A stretch of 64,000 nt of DNA, from NCBI GenBank assembly GCA_045226015.1, contig JBGVBY010000021.1, forward strand, positions 17,485 through 81,484, given 5' to 3'. The stretch comes from Bacilli bacterium (GTDB taxonomy: Bacteria; Bacillota_I; Bacilli_A; RFN20; CAG-826). The translations under genes were made by a program, and so were the position numbers. Every line of letters begins with the position of its first letter. Position 1 is the first letter of the stretch. Of the stretch, positions 49,540 to 62,897 are shown piece after piece. The notes under the pieces were generated by a model, which saw only the letters and a list, made by a program, of their open reading frames with translations, ran no database searches and was not told where the DNA came from.

Positions 49540-49600
49540 CCACATATCCACAGTGATAATAATAATTATTAAATTATATAAATATATAAAAAGAAGGTAA
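49540..49600. promoter_or_regulatory. oriC region 2: DnaA boxes (TTATCCACATATCCACAG) plus AT-rich DNA unwinding element between dnaA and dnaN
   Basis: gaGTTATCCACATATCCACAgtg is followed by a ~40-bp, nearly 100% AT stretch (taataataattattaaattatataaatatataaaaag). Bipartite origin as in B. subtilis. Confidence 0.75.
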
Positions 49601-49606
49601 TTCTAT

Positions 49607-50731
49607 ATGAGATTTATAATTAAACGTGATGAATTCTTAAAAGCCTTATTAATAGCAGGAAGAGCAGTTAACTCCAAAAGCAGTGCTGTTCCAGTTTTAG
49701 CGAATTTAAAGTTTGATTTAGATGATAGTGGTTTATCTATTACTGGAAGTAACTATGAACTAACAATCAAAACTACTATTCCATTCGCTATTAACGAAGT
49801 CGAAGTTATTAGAAATGTCCAAGAAGGATCAACTCTTGTTAATTCCAAAATAATCACTGATATGGCAAGAAAGATTGATTCAGAAGAAATCTGCTTTGAA
49901 GTTGTTGATTCCACAATCGCTGTCATTACAGCAGGCAAGATTAAATATAATTTAAATTGCATTAAGGCTAACGAATATCCAGATGTTGACTTAGAACCAA
50001 ACGGTATTCAAATCTCATTAACAAAAGTTGAATTCTCTTCTTTAGTATCTCAAACCGCGTTTGCAGCTTCGTTAAAAGAACAAAGACCAATTCTTACCGC
50101 TATCAATTTAGAAGCTATGGATGGTGTCTTAACTGCCACCACAACTGATAGTGCTAGATTATCTAGAAAACAAATCAGTATTTCTACAGATTTACAATTC
50201 TCTGCTAACGTCCCAGCTAAGATGATGGTGGAAATTGACCATCTTTTAGATGATGTTGAATCTCTTAAGATTGCCTTAAGTGATAAGAAAGCCTTGTTTA
50301 CCTTCGGAAACACCGTCGTAGCGACACGTTTAATCGCTGGTGAATATCCTAACACTAAAAACATTGTTCCACGCGTTACAAACTACTCTTTGGAAGTTAA
50401 TGCCTCAGATTTCTTAAAAGCTATTGATCGTGTTAACATTCTATCTATTGATAGAGAGAACGTCGTAGACTTATATCTCAACGAAGACACAGTAGAGATT
50501 AGTGCAAAATCATCTCAAGTTGGTTCTGCTAGTGAAAGAATCGAAACGTTTAAGTTCGAAGGAAGTAACCTACAAATCAGTTTCAACAGTGAGTTTGTTT
50601 CCTCCGCTATTAGAGCGTTAGGAAGCGAAGATGTGACCTTCCTATTTGTTGGAGAAATGAAACCATTTGTGATCAAAAATCCTAATGACGAATCCATTAT
50701 CCAAATCGTCACACCAGTTAGAACTTATTAA
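49607..50731 (+). CDS. dnaN: DNA polymerase III beta sliding clamp
   Basis: 374 aa, three-domain clamp. MRFIIKRDEFLKALLIAGRAV.. dnaA-dnaN synteny. Confidence 0.95.
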   Translation: MRFIIKRDEFLKALLIAGRAVNSKSSAVPVLANLKFDLDDSGLSITGSNYELTIKTTIPFAINEVEVIRNVQEGSTLVNSKIITDMARKIDSEEICFEVVDSTIAVITAGKIKYNLNCIKANEYPDVDLEPNGIQISLTKVEFSSLVSQTAFAASLKEQRPILTAINLEAMDGVLTATTTDSARLSRKQISISTDLQFSANVPAKMMVEIDHLLDDVESLKIALSDKKALFTFGNTVVATRLIAGEYPNTKNIVPRVTNYSLEVNASDFLKAIDRVNILSIDRENVVDLYLNEDTVEISAKSSQVGSASERIETFKFEGSNLQISFNSEFVSSAIRALGSEDVTFLFVGEMKPFVIKNPNDESIIQIVTPVRTY

Positions 50732-50752
50732 TTAAATTTGATATCAGAAAAT

Positions 50753-50780
50753 GACGCACTCGATGCGTCTTTTCTTTTTG
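50753..50780 (+). terminator. Rho-independent terminator after dnaN
   Basis: GACGCActcgaTGCGTC stem followed by TTTTCTTTTTG. Confidence 0.8.
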
Positions 50781-50905
50781 ATTTTTATCAAACTTAGATA
50801 TCGATTTTAAGGCCTCAAACAGCGTATTTAAGACGTATAATTATTTATGGAATATTATTCCATTTTTGCATTATATCGTGTATAATACCCATAGAGTACG
50901 TTTAT

Positions 50906-51124
50906 ATGGCAACTAGAGTGGTAGAAATCCATAAAGATGAAGAGTACATAACACTTAATGTTCTCCTCAAAATCACCGATATAATTCCTACAGGCGGAAT
51001 GGCAAAACTCTATCTCGCTAATAATGATGTTTACGTCAATGGAGAGAAAGAAAACCGCCGCGGTCGTAAATTATATCGTGGAGATGTCGTTAAGGCGGAA
51101 AAAACGGAATTCTTGATTAAATAA
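50906..51124 (+). CDS. yaaA: S4-domain RNA-binding protein YaaA
   Basis: 72 aa. Conserved position between dnaN and recF. S4-like LYLANNDVYVNGEKENRRGRKLYRGDVV. Confidence 0.8.
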   Translation: MATRVVEIHKDEEYITLNVLLKITDIIPTGGMAKLYLANNDVYVNGEKENRRGRKLYRGDVVKAEKTEFLIK

Positions 51125-51126
51125 AG

Positions 51127-54247
<3,121 letters not shown>

Positions 54248-54265
54248 TCAAAGGAGGAAATAACA

Positions 54266-56872
54266 ATGTTGTTCGAAGATGAAAAATTAGAAAACGAAGT
54301 CGAAGAATCTAACGAAGAATCTGAAGCTAACGAGAATAACACCATTGAAGCTGGTATTGTTGCTGGCTTACAAGATGTTAACACTGTTGATATTGTTAAA
54401 GAATCCTTCTTGGACTACGCGATGTCTGTTATCGTCTCTCGTGCTATTCCAGATGCAAGAGACGGACTTAAACCAGTTCATAGAAGAATTATCTATGGAA
54501 TGAATGAATCTGGTATTACTCCAGAAAAACCACACGTTAAAAGTGCTCGTATTGTTGGAGACGTCATGGGTAAATATCACCCACACGGCGACTCTGCAAT
54601 TTACTTATCTTTAGCAAGATTTGCTCAAGAGTGGAACATGAGGCACTGCTTAGTTGATGGACACGGTAACTTTGGTAGTATCGATGGTGATGAACCAGCG
54701 GCTATGCGTTACACCGAAGCCAGAATGGCAAAGATTGCCCTTGAAATGGTTAGAGACATCAACTGCGACACTGTCGACTTTGTCGACAACTACGATGGTA
54801 GTGAACAAGAACCAAGCGTTTTACCTTCTAGGTTCCCTAACTTATTAGTTAATGGTTCTAGTGGTATCGCTGTTGGTATGGCTACTAATATTCCACCACA
54901 CAATTTAGGTGAAGTTATTGATGGTGTTGTTGCTATTGCACATAACCCAGAGATTTCCACTGTGGAATTAATGCAATATGTCAAAGGTCCTGACTTCCCA
55001 ACTGGTGCTCTTATTTTAGGAAGAAGTGGAATTAGAGATGCTTATGAAACCGGTACTGGTAGTATCGCTATTAGAGCAAAAACTCACATCGAAGAAAGAG
55101 GAGAACACGGTTTAAAGAGAATTGTTATCGATGAAATTCCTTACGGACTTAACAAGGCTACTTTAGTAGAATCCATTGCTTCTTTAGCTAGAGACAAGAT
55201 TGTTGACGGTATTACAGAAGTTAGAGATGAAACTAACAAAAAAGGAACTCGTATCGTTATCGAAGTTCGTAGAGACATCATCCCTGAAGTTTTACTTAAT
55301 CAATTATTTAAGAATACTTCTCTTCAAACCAGCTACGGCATTATCATGCTCTGCTTAGTTGATGGAGCTCCAAAAATTGCTCCACTTAATGTCTTGCTTC
55401 AAAAATACCTCGACTTCCAAGTTGAAGTTATTGAAAGAAGAACCAAATTCTTACTTGAAAAAGATGAAGATAGACACCATATTGTTGTCGGTTTAATTAA
55501 GTGTCACGACAACATTGATGATATCGTTGATATCATTAAAGAAAGCAAAACCCCAGAAGATGCCACAAATGCATTAATGGATAAATATGGCTTCAGCGAA
55601 GCTCAAGTCAACGCTATTTTAGCAATGACATTAAGAAGATTAACTGGTATTGAAGAAGACAAGTTAGAAGCTGAAAAAGTTTCTCTTGAAAACAATATCA
55701 ACGAATATAAACGTATTCTTTCTTCTAGAGAAAACGAAGTTGAAGTTGTTGTTAAAGAATTATTAGAAATTAAAGAGAAATACGCGGACGAACGTAGAAC
55801 TGAAATTACTAACGACGCCGCTAGTATTGATGATGAAGATCTTATTCCTCAAGAAAATATCGTTGTTGCTATCACCCGTGGTGGCTACGTTAAGAGATTA
55901 ACATCTGATTCCTTCAGAGCCCAAAATAGAGGTGGTAGAGGAGTTAGAGGTATGTCCACTAACGAAAACGATATCGTTGAGAACATGGTCTACACCAAAA
56001 CTCACACCGACTTATTATTCTTTACTGATTTTGGAAAAGTGTACCGTATTAGAGGCTACATGATCCCAGAATTCTCTAAAGCTAGTAAAGGTGTACCTAT
56101 TATTAACTTAATCAACATCGAAAAAGGTGAGAATGTTAAAGCTATTATTGCCTGTGATGAATATCAAGAAGATCACTACTTAATGTTCTTCACCAAAATG
56201 GGTGTTGTTAAGAAAACTCTTATCAGTGAATATGAATCCATCCGTCAAAACGGTAAGATTGCTATCTCTATGAGAGAAGGCGATACCTTATTCGCTGTTA
56301 AAGAAGTTGTCGAAGATACCATTATTGGTATCGCTGCTAATAACAGCAAGATGGTCAACTTTAAATGTGACCAAGTTAGACCAATGGGTAGAACTGCTTC
56401 TGGTGTTAAAGGTATTGAACTCGCTGATAACGAAGAAGTTGTCGGTGTTACTACATCCTTAGATGGTTCACACATCTTAGCTATGACATCTAAAGGATTT
56501 GGAAAACTTACACCTGTTATCGACGCAGACGGAGATATGACTTACCGTATCACTAAACGTGGTGCTAAAGGTGTTACAACCTTAAAAGCAACTGATAAAG
56601 TTGGTGATTTAATCGCTGTTAGAGCAGTCAATCTTGAAGATGACTTAATGTGCATCACTAACGCCGGTATTGTTATTAGAACTCCACTCGCTCAAATCAG
56701 AATTTGTGGAAGAAATACATCAGGTGTGAAGATTATGAACCTTGAAGGTAGACAAAGAATTGTCAGTATCGCGATTGTTCCACATGAAGAAATCGACGAA
56801 AACGCTGAAGTTGAAGAAGCTGAAGAAGTTTCTGAAGCAGCAAACGATACTGCCTTACCTTCAGAAGAATAA
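54266..56872 (+). CDS. gyrA: DNA gyrase subunit A
   Basis: 868 aa. Active-site region AMRYTEARM (Tyr). QRDR HPHGDSAIY. GyrA-box region. Acidic C-terminal tail. Confidence 0.97.
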   Translation: MLFEDEKLENEVEESNEESEANENNTIEAGIVAGLQDVNTVDIVKESFLDYAMSVIVSRAIPDARDGLKPVHRRIIYGMNESGITPEKPHVKSARIVGDVMGKYHPHGDSAIYLSLARFAQEWNMRHCLVDGHGNFGSIDGDEPAAMRYTEARMAKIALEMVRDINCDTVDFVDNYDGSEQEPSVLPSRFPNLLVNGSSGIAVGMATNIPPHNLGEVIDGVVAIAHNPEISTVELMQYVKGPDFPTGALILGRSGIRDAYETGTGSIAIRAKTHIEERGEHGLKRIVIDEIPYGLNKATLVESIASLARDKIVDGITEVRDETNKKGTRIVIEVRRDIIPEVLLNQLFKNTSLQTSYGIIMLCLVDGAPKIAPLNVLLQKYLDFQVEVIERRTKFLLEKDEDRHHIVVGLIKCHDNIDDIVDIIKESKTPEDATNALMDKYGFSEAQVNAILAMTLRRLTGIEEDKLEAEKVSLENNINEYKRILSSRENEVEVVVKELLEIKEKYADERRTEITNDAASIDDEDLIPQENIVVAITRGGYVKRLTSDSFRAQNRGGRGVRGMSTNENDIVENMVYTKTHTDLLFFTDFGKVYRIRGYMIPEFSKASKGVPIINLINIEKGENVKAIIACDEYQEDHYLMFFTKMGVVKKTLISEYESIRQNGKIAISMREGDTLFAVKEVVEDTIIGIAANNSKMVNFKCDQVRPMGRTASGVKGIELADNEEVVGVTTSLDGSHILAMTSKGFGKLTPVIDADGDMTYRITKRGAKGVTTLKATDKVGDLIAVRAVNLEDDLMCITNAGIVIRTPLAQIRICGRNTSGVKIMNLEGRQRIVSIAIVPHEEIDENAEVEEAEEVSEAANDTALPSEE

Positions 56873-56920
56873 TTAACCTATTAATTGATTAATTAATATT
56901 TATAGATAGGAAAAATTAGT

Positions 56921-58201
56921 ATGATTGATATTAATTTAATTAGAGAAAAACCAGAATATGTAAAAGAAGCTTTAGCAAAGAAGCTTTGGGACGCTGATTT
57001 TACTGAATTACTTTCCTGGGATTCTCGCAAAAGAGAACTCATGCAAGTAGTTGAAAATAACAAAGCTGAAATGAATAAACTTTCTGCTTCTGTTCCTGCT
57101 TTAAAAAAGGCTGGCGAAGACGTTAGTAAAGTGTTTATTCAAGTAAAAGAAATCGCTGCAAAAAATAAGGAATTTGAAGAAGAATTAGCGGAATTAGACC
57201 AAAAAATTACTGATTTTGTTGCCGCTCTTCCAAACATTCCAGACGATGATTTAGTAGGCGGTGGTAAAGAAAACAACAAGGTCGTTCATGTTGTTGGAAA
57301 GAAACCAGAATTCAACTTCAAAATGAAGGATCATGTTGAGCTCGCTACATCCTTAGGACTTGTTGATTATGACCGTGGTGCTAAGATTGCTGGTAGAGGA
57401 AGCTGGGTCTATACAAATTTAGGTGCTAGACTTGAATGGGCTTTACTTAATTTCTTCATTAGTGAGCATCTTAAAGATGGATATGAGTTTATCCTACCAC
57501 CTCATTTATTAAATGAACAAAGTGGTTACGTTGCTGGTCAATTCCCAAAATTCAGAGAAGATGTTTTCTGGCTTAGTGGACTTGAACCACAAAGATTCTT
57601 ATTACCAACCGCTGAAACTGCACTTGTAAACTTACATAGAGATGAAATTCTTTCTGAAGAAGATCTCCCAAGAAAATATTTCGCTTATACTCCATGCTAT
57701 CGTAGAGAAGCAGGAAGCTATCGTACTGAAGAACGCGGAATGATCCGTGGTTATCAATTTGATAAAGTGGAAATGGTTCAATATACAAAACCAGAAGATA
57801 GCGACGCTGCTTTTGAAGAATTAGTTGGAAAAGCCGCTAGCTTAGTTGAAAAACTTGGCTTACACTTCCAAATTTCTAAATTAGCCGCTGGCGATATCTC
57901 TCACTCAATGGCGAGAACATATGATATCGAAGTATATATTCCATCAATTGGAATTTATAAGGAAGTATCTAGCGCATCTAACGCTCGTGATTATCAAGCG
58001 CGTAGAGGTAAATGCAGATATAGAGATTCCAAAACTGGTAAAACCAGATTTGTTCATACTCTTAATGCATCAGGTTTAGCGACTTCCCGTGTCTTCCCAG
58101 CGATATTGGAACAATATCAACAAGAAGATGGAAGTGTCTTAGTCCCTGAAGTTCTCCAACCATTCATGGGTGGAATCAAAGTTCTTAAACCAATTAAGTA
58201 A
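56921..58201 (+). CDS. serS: Seryl-tRNA synthetase
   Basis: 426 aa. N-terminal coiled coil. Class II motifs (..YTPCYRREAGSYRTEERGMIRGYQFDKVE.., ..NASGLATSRV..). No T-box leader is apparent (48-bp 5' region). Confidence 0.95.
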   Translation: MIDINLIREKPEYVKEALAKKLWDADFTELLSWDSRKRELMQVVENNKAEMNKLSASVPALKKAGEDVSKVFIQVKEIAAKNKEFEEELAELDQKITDFVAALPNIPDDDLVGGGKENNKVVHVVGKKPEFNFKMKDHVELATSLGLVDYDRGAKIAGRGSWVYTNLGARLEWALLNFFISEHLKDGYEFILPPHLLNEQSGYVAGQFPKFREDVFWLSGLEPQRFLLPTAETALVNLHRDEILSEEDLPRKYFAYTPCYRREAGSYRTEERGMIRGYQFDKVEMVQYTKPEDSDAAFEELVGKAASLVEKLGLHFQISKLAAGDISHSMARTYDIEVYIPSIGIYKEVSSASNARDYQARRGKCRYRDSKTGKTRFVHTLNASGLATSRVFPAILEQYQQEDGSVLVPEVLQPFMGGIKVLKPIK

Positions 58202-58223
58202 CTCAATAAACACAAACAAATGA

Positions 58224-58249
58224 GCAGCCTAGTGATAGGTTGCTTTTTT
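58224..58249 (+). terminator. Rho-independent terminator after serS
   Basis: GCAGCCTagtgatAGGTTGC stem (one G-U pair) followed by TTTTTT. Confidence 0.75.
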
Positions 58250-58329
58250 GCATATATGTGCATTATTTGCATATTTTTATTTGCTATAAACTTATTAATA
58301 TATATAATATACGTGAAAGAGGTGCAAAT

Positions 58330-59523
58330 ATGACACTTAAAGAATTACGCAATAATTGCAAACTTACACAAAAAGAAGCTTCTGAAATTGTTAAGGTTTC
58401 ATTAAGAAGTTATGTTGATTATGAAAACAACGAAGAAAGCGCTGATGAATTAAAAATTCAAGCGATCAAAGACAGATTAATGGAGTATGCTGCTAAAGAT
58501 ACTTCCATCTTAAAGGACAAAGTCCTTCTAATCACAGGTGGTACTGGTAGCTTTGGTCACGCAGTCGTTGATCGTTTCTTAAACACTGAGATTAAAGAAA
58601 TCAGAATTTTATCCCGTGATGAAAAGAAACAAGACGATATGAGAAAAGCTTATAACAACTCTAAACTCAAATTCTATATTGGAGATGTTAGAAACCTCGA
58701 TAGCATTATCGACGCCTTTAAAGGAGTTGATTATGTTTTCTCTGCTGCTGCTTTAAAACAAGTTCCTTCATGTGAATTCTATCCAATGGAAGCTGTAAGA
58801 ACCAATGTCATTGGTAGTGATAATGTTATTACTGCCTGTGTCCGTAACGGAGTTAAGAAAGCCATCTTCCTTTCTACCGATAAAGCTGCATACCCAATTA
58901 ACGCGATGGGTATTTCCAAAGCCTTAATGGAAAAGAATGTTATTGCTAGAAGTAGACAACTTCTCCCAGGAGATACAGTTCTTTGCTTAACAAGATACGG
59001 AAACGTTATGGCAAGCCGTGGAAGTGTTATTCCTCTATTCTTAAATCAAATTCATGATGGCAAACCAATCACTATTACTAACCCAGAAATGACTAGATTC
59101 ATGATGACATTAGATGATGCGGTTGATTTAGTGTTATACGCTTTTGAACACGGTGAACAAGGTGACTTATTCGTTCAAAAAGCACCAGCCGCTACAATTG
59201 AAACTCTTGCTAAAGCAGTTATCAATTTAACTGGTAGTAAAACTGGCATCTCATATATTGGTACAAGACACGGCGAAAAGTTATATGAAACCTTAGTCAC
59301 TCAAGAAGAAATGCTTAAGGCTGTTGATTTAGGCAACTTCTTCTGTGTTAAAGCCGATAATAGAGACCTTAACTATGATAAATATTTCTCTAAGGGAAAT
59401 AAGAAACTCAATTTAGGAGAATCCTATACATCTCATAACACTGGTAGATTAGACGTCAAAGGTATGGAAGAACTTCTTAAGAAGTTGGAACTCTTTGGTG
59501 GACCAGTTAAACAACACGAATAA
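58330..59523 (+). CDS. UDP-GlcNAc 4,6-dehydratase/5-epimerase (Cap5E/FnlA-type) with ~55-aa N-terminal HTH-like extension
   Basis: Strong RBS (AAGAGG) before ATG 58330. Residues ~60 onward, KVLLITGGTGSFGHAVVDRFLNTEIKEIRILSRDEKKQDDMRKAYNNSKLKFYIGDVR, closely follow the Cap5E/FnlA N-terminus. Residues 1-55 (LKELRNNCKLTQKEASEIVKVSLRSYVDYENNEE) resemble an XRE-type helix-turn-helix. Confidence 0.75.
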   Translation: MTLKELRNNCKLTQKEASEIVKVSLRSYVDYENNEESADELKIQAIKDRLMEYAAKDTSILKDKVLLITGGTGSFGHAVVDRFLNTEIKEIRILSRDEKKQDDMRKAYNNSKLKFYIGDVRNLDSIIDAFKGVDYVFSAAALKQVPSCEFYPMEAVRTNVIGSDNVITACVRNGVKKAIFLSTDKAAYPINAMGISKALMEKNVIARSRQLLPGDTVLCLTRYGNVMASRGSVIPLFLNQIHDGKPITITNPEMTRFMMTLDDAVDLVLYAFEHGEQGDLFVQKAPAATIETLAKAVINLTGSKTGISYIGTRHGEKLYETLVTQEEMLKAVDLGNFFCVKADNRDLNYDKYFSKGNKKLNLGESYTSHNTGRLDVKGMEELLKKLELFGGPVKQHE

Positions 59524-59541
59524 GATAAGGAGATTAATCTT

Positions 59542-60693
59542 ATGCCATTCAAAAATAATGGAAAAATCAAATTAATGATTATCGTTGGTACTAGACCAGA
59601 AATCATTAGACTCGCCGCAGTAATTAATAAGTGTAGAGATTATTTCGATACATTGCTTGTTCATACTGGACAAAACTACGACTATAACCTCAACGGTGTT
59701 TTCTTTAAAGATTTAGGTCTAAAAGATCCAGACATCTACTTAGATGCAGTTGGAAACGATTTAGGCGAAACCATGGGTAACATTATCGCTAAGAGTTACC
59801 AAGTCATGGTTAAAGAAAAACCAGATGCAGTACTTGTCTTAGGAGACACAAATAGTTGCTTAAGTGTTATCGGAGCAAAGAGATTACATCTCCCAATCTT
59901 CCACATGGAAGCTGGTAATAGATGTAAAGACGAATGCTTACCAGAAGAAACCAATAGAAGAATCGTTGATATTATCTCCGATGTAAATCTTGCTTATAGC
60001 GAACACGCGAGAAGATATCTTGCTGACTGTGGTCTTCCAAAAGAAAGAACCTATGTCACTGGCTCTCCAATGACTGAAGTTCTCACTAACAATCTCAACG
60101 AGATTGAAAAGAGCGATATCTTAAAGAAACTCAATTTAGAAAAAGGTAAATATATCTTATTAAGCGCACACAGAGAAGAAAATATTGATACAGATAAGAA
60201 CTTCTTCTCATTGTTTAACGCGATTAATAAATTAGCAGAAATCTATAACATGCCTATCCTCTATAGTTGCCATCCAAGGAGCAAAAAGAAACTTGAAGCT
60301 ACTGGATTTAAACTTGATAAGAGAGTGATTATGCACGAACCTTTAGGTTTCCATGACTATAACAACTTACAAATGAACGCATACGCAGTTGTTAGCGATA
60401 GTGGTACTCTTCCAGAAGAAAGTAGTTTCTATGCTTCAATTGGAAAACCAATCGCTGCTGTATGCATTAGAACATCCACTGAAAGACCAGAAGCGTTAGA
60501 CGCTGCTTGCTTCGTTTTAGCAGGTATCGACACCAAGAACTTACTTCAAGCAGTTGAAGTTGCAGTCTTAAACAAAAACGGATGCAAACCAGTTGATGTT
60601 TATACCGACACAAACGTCTCTGATAAGGTTGTAAAAATCATCCAATCCTATGTTGGAGTCGTTAATAAAATGGTGTGGAGAAAAGAAGACTAA
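59542..60693 (+). CDS. UDP-N-acetylglucosamine 2-epimerase (non-hydrolysing; Cap5G/FnlC/WecB family)
   Basis: KLMIIVGTRPEIIRLAAVI...LVLGDTNS...HMEAGNR motifs. Confidence 0.85.
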   Translation: MPFKNNGKIKLMIIVGTRPEIIRLAAVINKCRDYFDTLLVHTGQNYDYNLNGVFFKDLGLKDPDIYLDAVGNDLGETMGNIIAKSYQVMVKEKPDAVLVLGDTNSCLSVIGAKRLHLPIFHMEAGNRCKDECLPEETNRRIVDIISDVNLAYSEHARRYLADCGLPKERTYVTGSPMTEVLTNNLNEIEKSDILKKLNLEKGKYILLSAHREENIDTDKNFFSLFNAINKLAEIYNMPILYSCHPRSKKKLEATGFKLDKRVIMHEPLGFHDYNNLQMNAYAVVSDSGTLPEESSFYASIGKPIAAVCIRTSTERPEALDAACFVLAGIDTKNLLQAVEVAVLNKNGCKPVDVYTDTNVSDKVVKIIQSYVGVVNKMVWRKED

Positions 60694-60694
60694 G

Positions 60695-61789
60695 ATGAAG
60701 GTTTTAGTTACAGGCGCTAAAGGTTTTATTGGGAAACATATGTGTCAACTTTTACTAAGAAAAGGACACGAAGTTTTTCAGTATGATTTAGACTCAAAAG
60801 AAGAGGAATTAATTGACTATATTTCTAAGGCTGAATTCATCGTTCATCTAGCGGGAATTAATCGTCCTTTGACTACTGAAGAGTTTTATGACGGAAACGC
60901 CAATTTTACAGCAAAACTAGTCGATTTGCTTAAAAAATCCGGAAAAATTACACCAATTATCATGTCTAGTAGCATTCAAGCTGAGTTAGATAATGATTAT
61001 GGAAAGAGCAAAAAAATGGGAGAAGATTTCCTTCTTTCTAGCTGCCTTCCAGTTTATGTTTATCGACTCAATAATGTCTTCGGAAAATGGTGCCGCCCAA
61101 ACTACAATTCAGCAGCGGCAACATTCTGCTACAACATCGCTCATGATTTACCAATTCAAATCAGGGATCGTGAGTATGTTGTTCACTATAATTACGTTAC
61201 TGACATTGTTGAAGAATTCCTTAAAGTTATCGAATGTAGTGATCATCAAGGTAAAAAGGATATTCAAACTGTTTACCCAATTTATGATTGCTCACTTGGT
61301 AAACTTGCAGATCTCTTATATTACTTCAAAGGTGAAATTGAAAGTGATAGACACCTTCCACTTATTCATAACGAATTTGAACTTAAGTTATTTAAGACTT
61401 TTTGTGACTACTTAAGTGATGAAGGATATAGCTTTAACTACGCGGAAGACGCTAGAGGAAGCTTTGAAGAATTATATAAGTCTAAAAAATGGGGACAAAT
61501 AAGTGACAACGTTGCCTTCCCTGGCATTATTAAGGGTGGTCACTATCATACTTATAAGCAAGAAATCTTCTACACCGTTATTGGTGAAAGCGAAATCAAA
61601 CAAAGAAATGTTAAAACTAACGAAGTTATCACTGATGTCGTTTGCGGAGATAAACCAAACCCAGTTCACATAAGAGTGGGATACACTCACCAAATCAAAA
61701 ATATAGGTGATATTGATACCCACACAATTATGTGGATCAGTGAAATATATAACCCAGAAACACATGACACATATCGTGAAGATGTGTAA
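60695..61789 (+). CDS. Cap5F/FnlB-type reductase (N-terminal SDR + C-terminal cupin) of UDP-L-FucNAc pathway
   Basis: MKVLVTGAKGFIGKHM Rossmann motif. ~365 aa with a C-terminal cupin-like region (HYHTYKQEIFYTVIGE). Follows the dehydratase and epimerase. Confidence 0.7.
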   Translation: MKVLVTGAKGFIGKHMCQLLLRKGHEVFQYDLDSKEEELIDYISKAEFIVHLAGINRPLTTEEFYDGNANFTAKLVDLLKKSGKITPIIMSSSIQAELDNDYGKSKKMGEDFLLSSCLPVYVYRLNNVFGKWCRPNYNSAAATFCYNIAHDLPIQIRDREYVVHYNYVTDIVEEFLKVIECSDHQGKKDIQTVYPIYDCSLGKLADLLYYFKGEIESDRHLPLIHNEFELKLFKTFCDYLSDEGYSFNYAEDARGSFEELYKSKKWGQISDNVAFPGIIKGGHYHTYKQEIFYTVIGESEIKQRNVKTNEVITDVVCGDKPNPVHIRVGYTHQIKNIGDIDTHTIMWISEIYNPETHDTYREDV

Positions 61790-61813
61790 GATATTTTGTA
61801 GAGGTAACTAATT

Positions 61814-62878
61814 ATGAAACTATCAAAACTTTTAGTTTTAGGTGCATGTTCTTTAATGATGGCCACAAGTTGTGGCACCGAAGAACCAGCCGCACCATAT
61901 GTTCCACCTATTGATCCACCAGAGACCGATCCTGTTGAGTGGGAGTTTGAAGAAGATGGAGATTATTACGCTGCATTAATTAAAGAAATTAAAGCAACTC
62001 AGCCATTTGAATTAGTTATTCCTAGCGAACACGAAGGAAGAGTGGTTAATCAGGTTGGTCTTGCTAGTAGAATTTTTATTACTTGGCATCCAAACAACGA
62101 GTATGTTACAAGCGTTTATTTCCCAGATTCAATTACCCGTATTCCATATACTCACGGAGAAGGATTACTTGATAGTTTACCAAACTTAGAAAGTGTAAGA
62201 CTTTCACCAAACTGTAAGGCCGTTCCACAATCTATGTTTGATAGTTGTCCAAAACTTAAAGAAGTTACTGTTCCCGAAGGAGTTACTTCTATCAATAGGT
62301 ATGCGTTTGTCAGATGTGGAATTGAAACAATTCACTTACCAACAACTTTAGACACTATCGGTGAAGGTTGTTTCTATTTATCCAATATTAAAAATATTGA
62401 TTGGGCGGAAGATGCTAATAATTCTTTATGTATAGAGACAAAAGCTTTTGAGTGCTGTTACGAGTTGGAAGAATTTGTTATGCCAGATTATGTTTATACT
62501 TATGCACAAGATGGTACATACACAAATTCATGCTGGCTTAAAGATTGCGAAAACATTAAAAAGATTAGAATGTCAGGCAAAGTTGGTATCTTTAGAGAAA
62601 ACATGTTAGGACAAATGAGTAGAACATGCGCTCTTGAAGAATTAATAATTCCAGCTAGTGTTATTAAAATTGAGAAGAGGTGCTTATATTTTTCACCTTC
62701 TTATTTCAACAATATTGATACAGTAAAATTTGAAGGAACAAAAGCACAATGGTTAGCAATTGAAAAGGATGAAGGTTACCTTGATTATGTTATTGGTGAT
62801 TATAAGAACAACAGCGCAATCGACAAGGTCTATTGCATGGGCGACGGTGAAACTGTTACATTAAGTCACGTTAACTAA
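61814..62878 (+). CDS. Lipoprotein with BspA-type leucine-rich repeats (LRR_5)
   Basis: Signal and lipobox MKLSKLLVLGACSLMMATSC|G. Repeated ~23-aa units with ..F..C..L..I.IP..V..I...AF. (KAVPQSMFDSCPKLKEVTVPEGVTSINRYAFVRCGIETIHLP..). Confidence 0.65.
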   Translation: MKLSKLLVLGACSLMMATSCGTEEPAAPYVPPIDPPETDPVEWEFEEDGDYYAALIKEIKATQPFELVIPSEHEGRVVNQVGLASRIFITWHPNNEYVTSVYFPDSITRIPYTHGEGLLDSLPNLESVRLSPNCKAVPQSMFDSCPKLKEVTVPEGVTSINRYAFVRCGIETIHLPTTLDTIGEGCFYLSNIKNIDWAEDANNSLCIETKAFECCYELEEFVMPDYVYTYAQDGTYTNSCWLKDCENIKKIRMSGKVGIFRENMLGQMSRTCALEELIIPASVIKIEKRCLYFSPSYFNNIDTVKFEGTKAQWLAIEKDEGYLDYVIGDYKNNSAIDKVYCMGDGETVTLSHVN

Positions 62879-62897
62879 TTATTAAATTTTAAGATTA

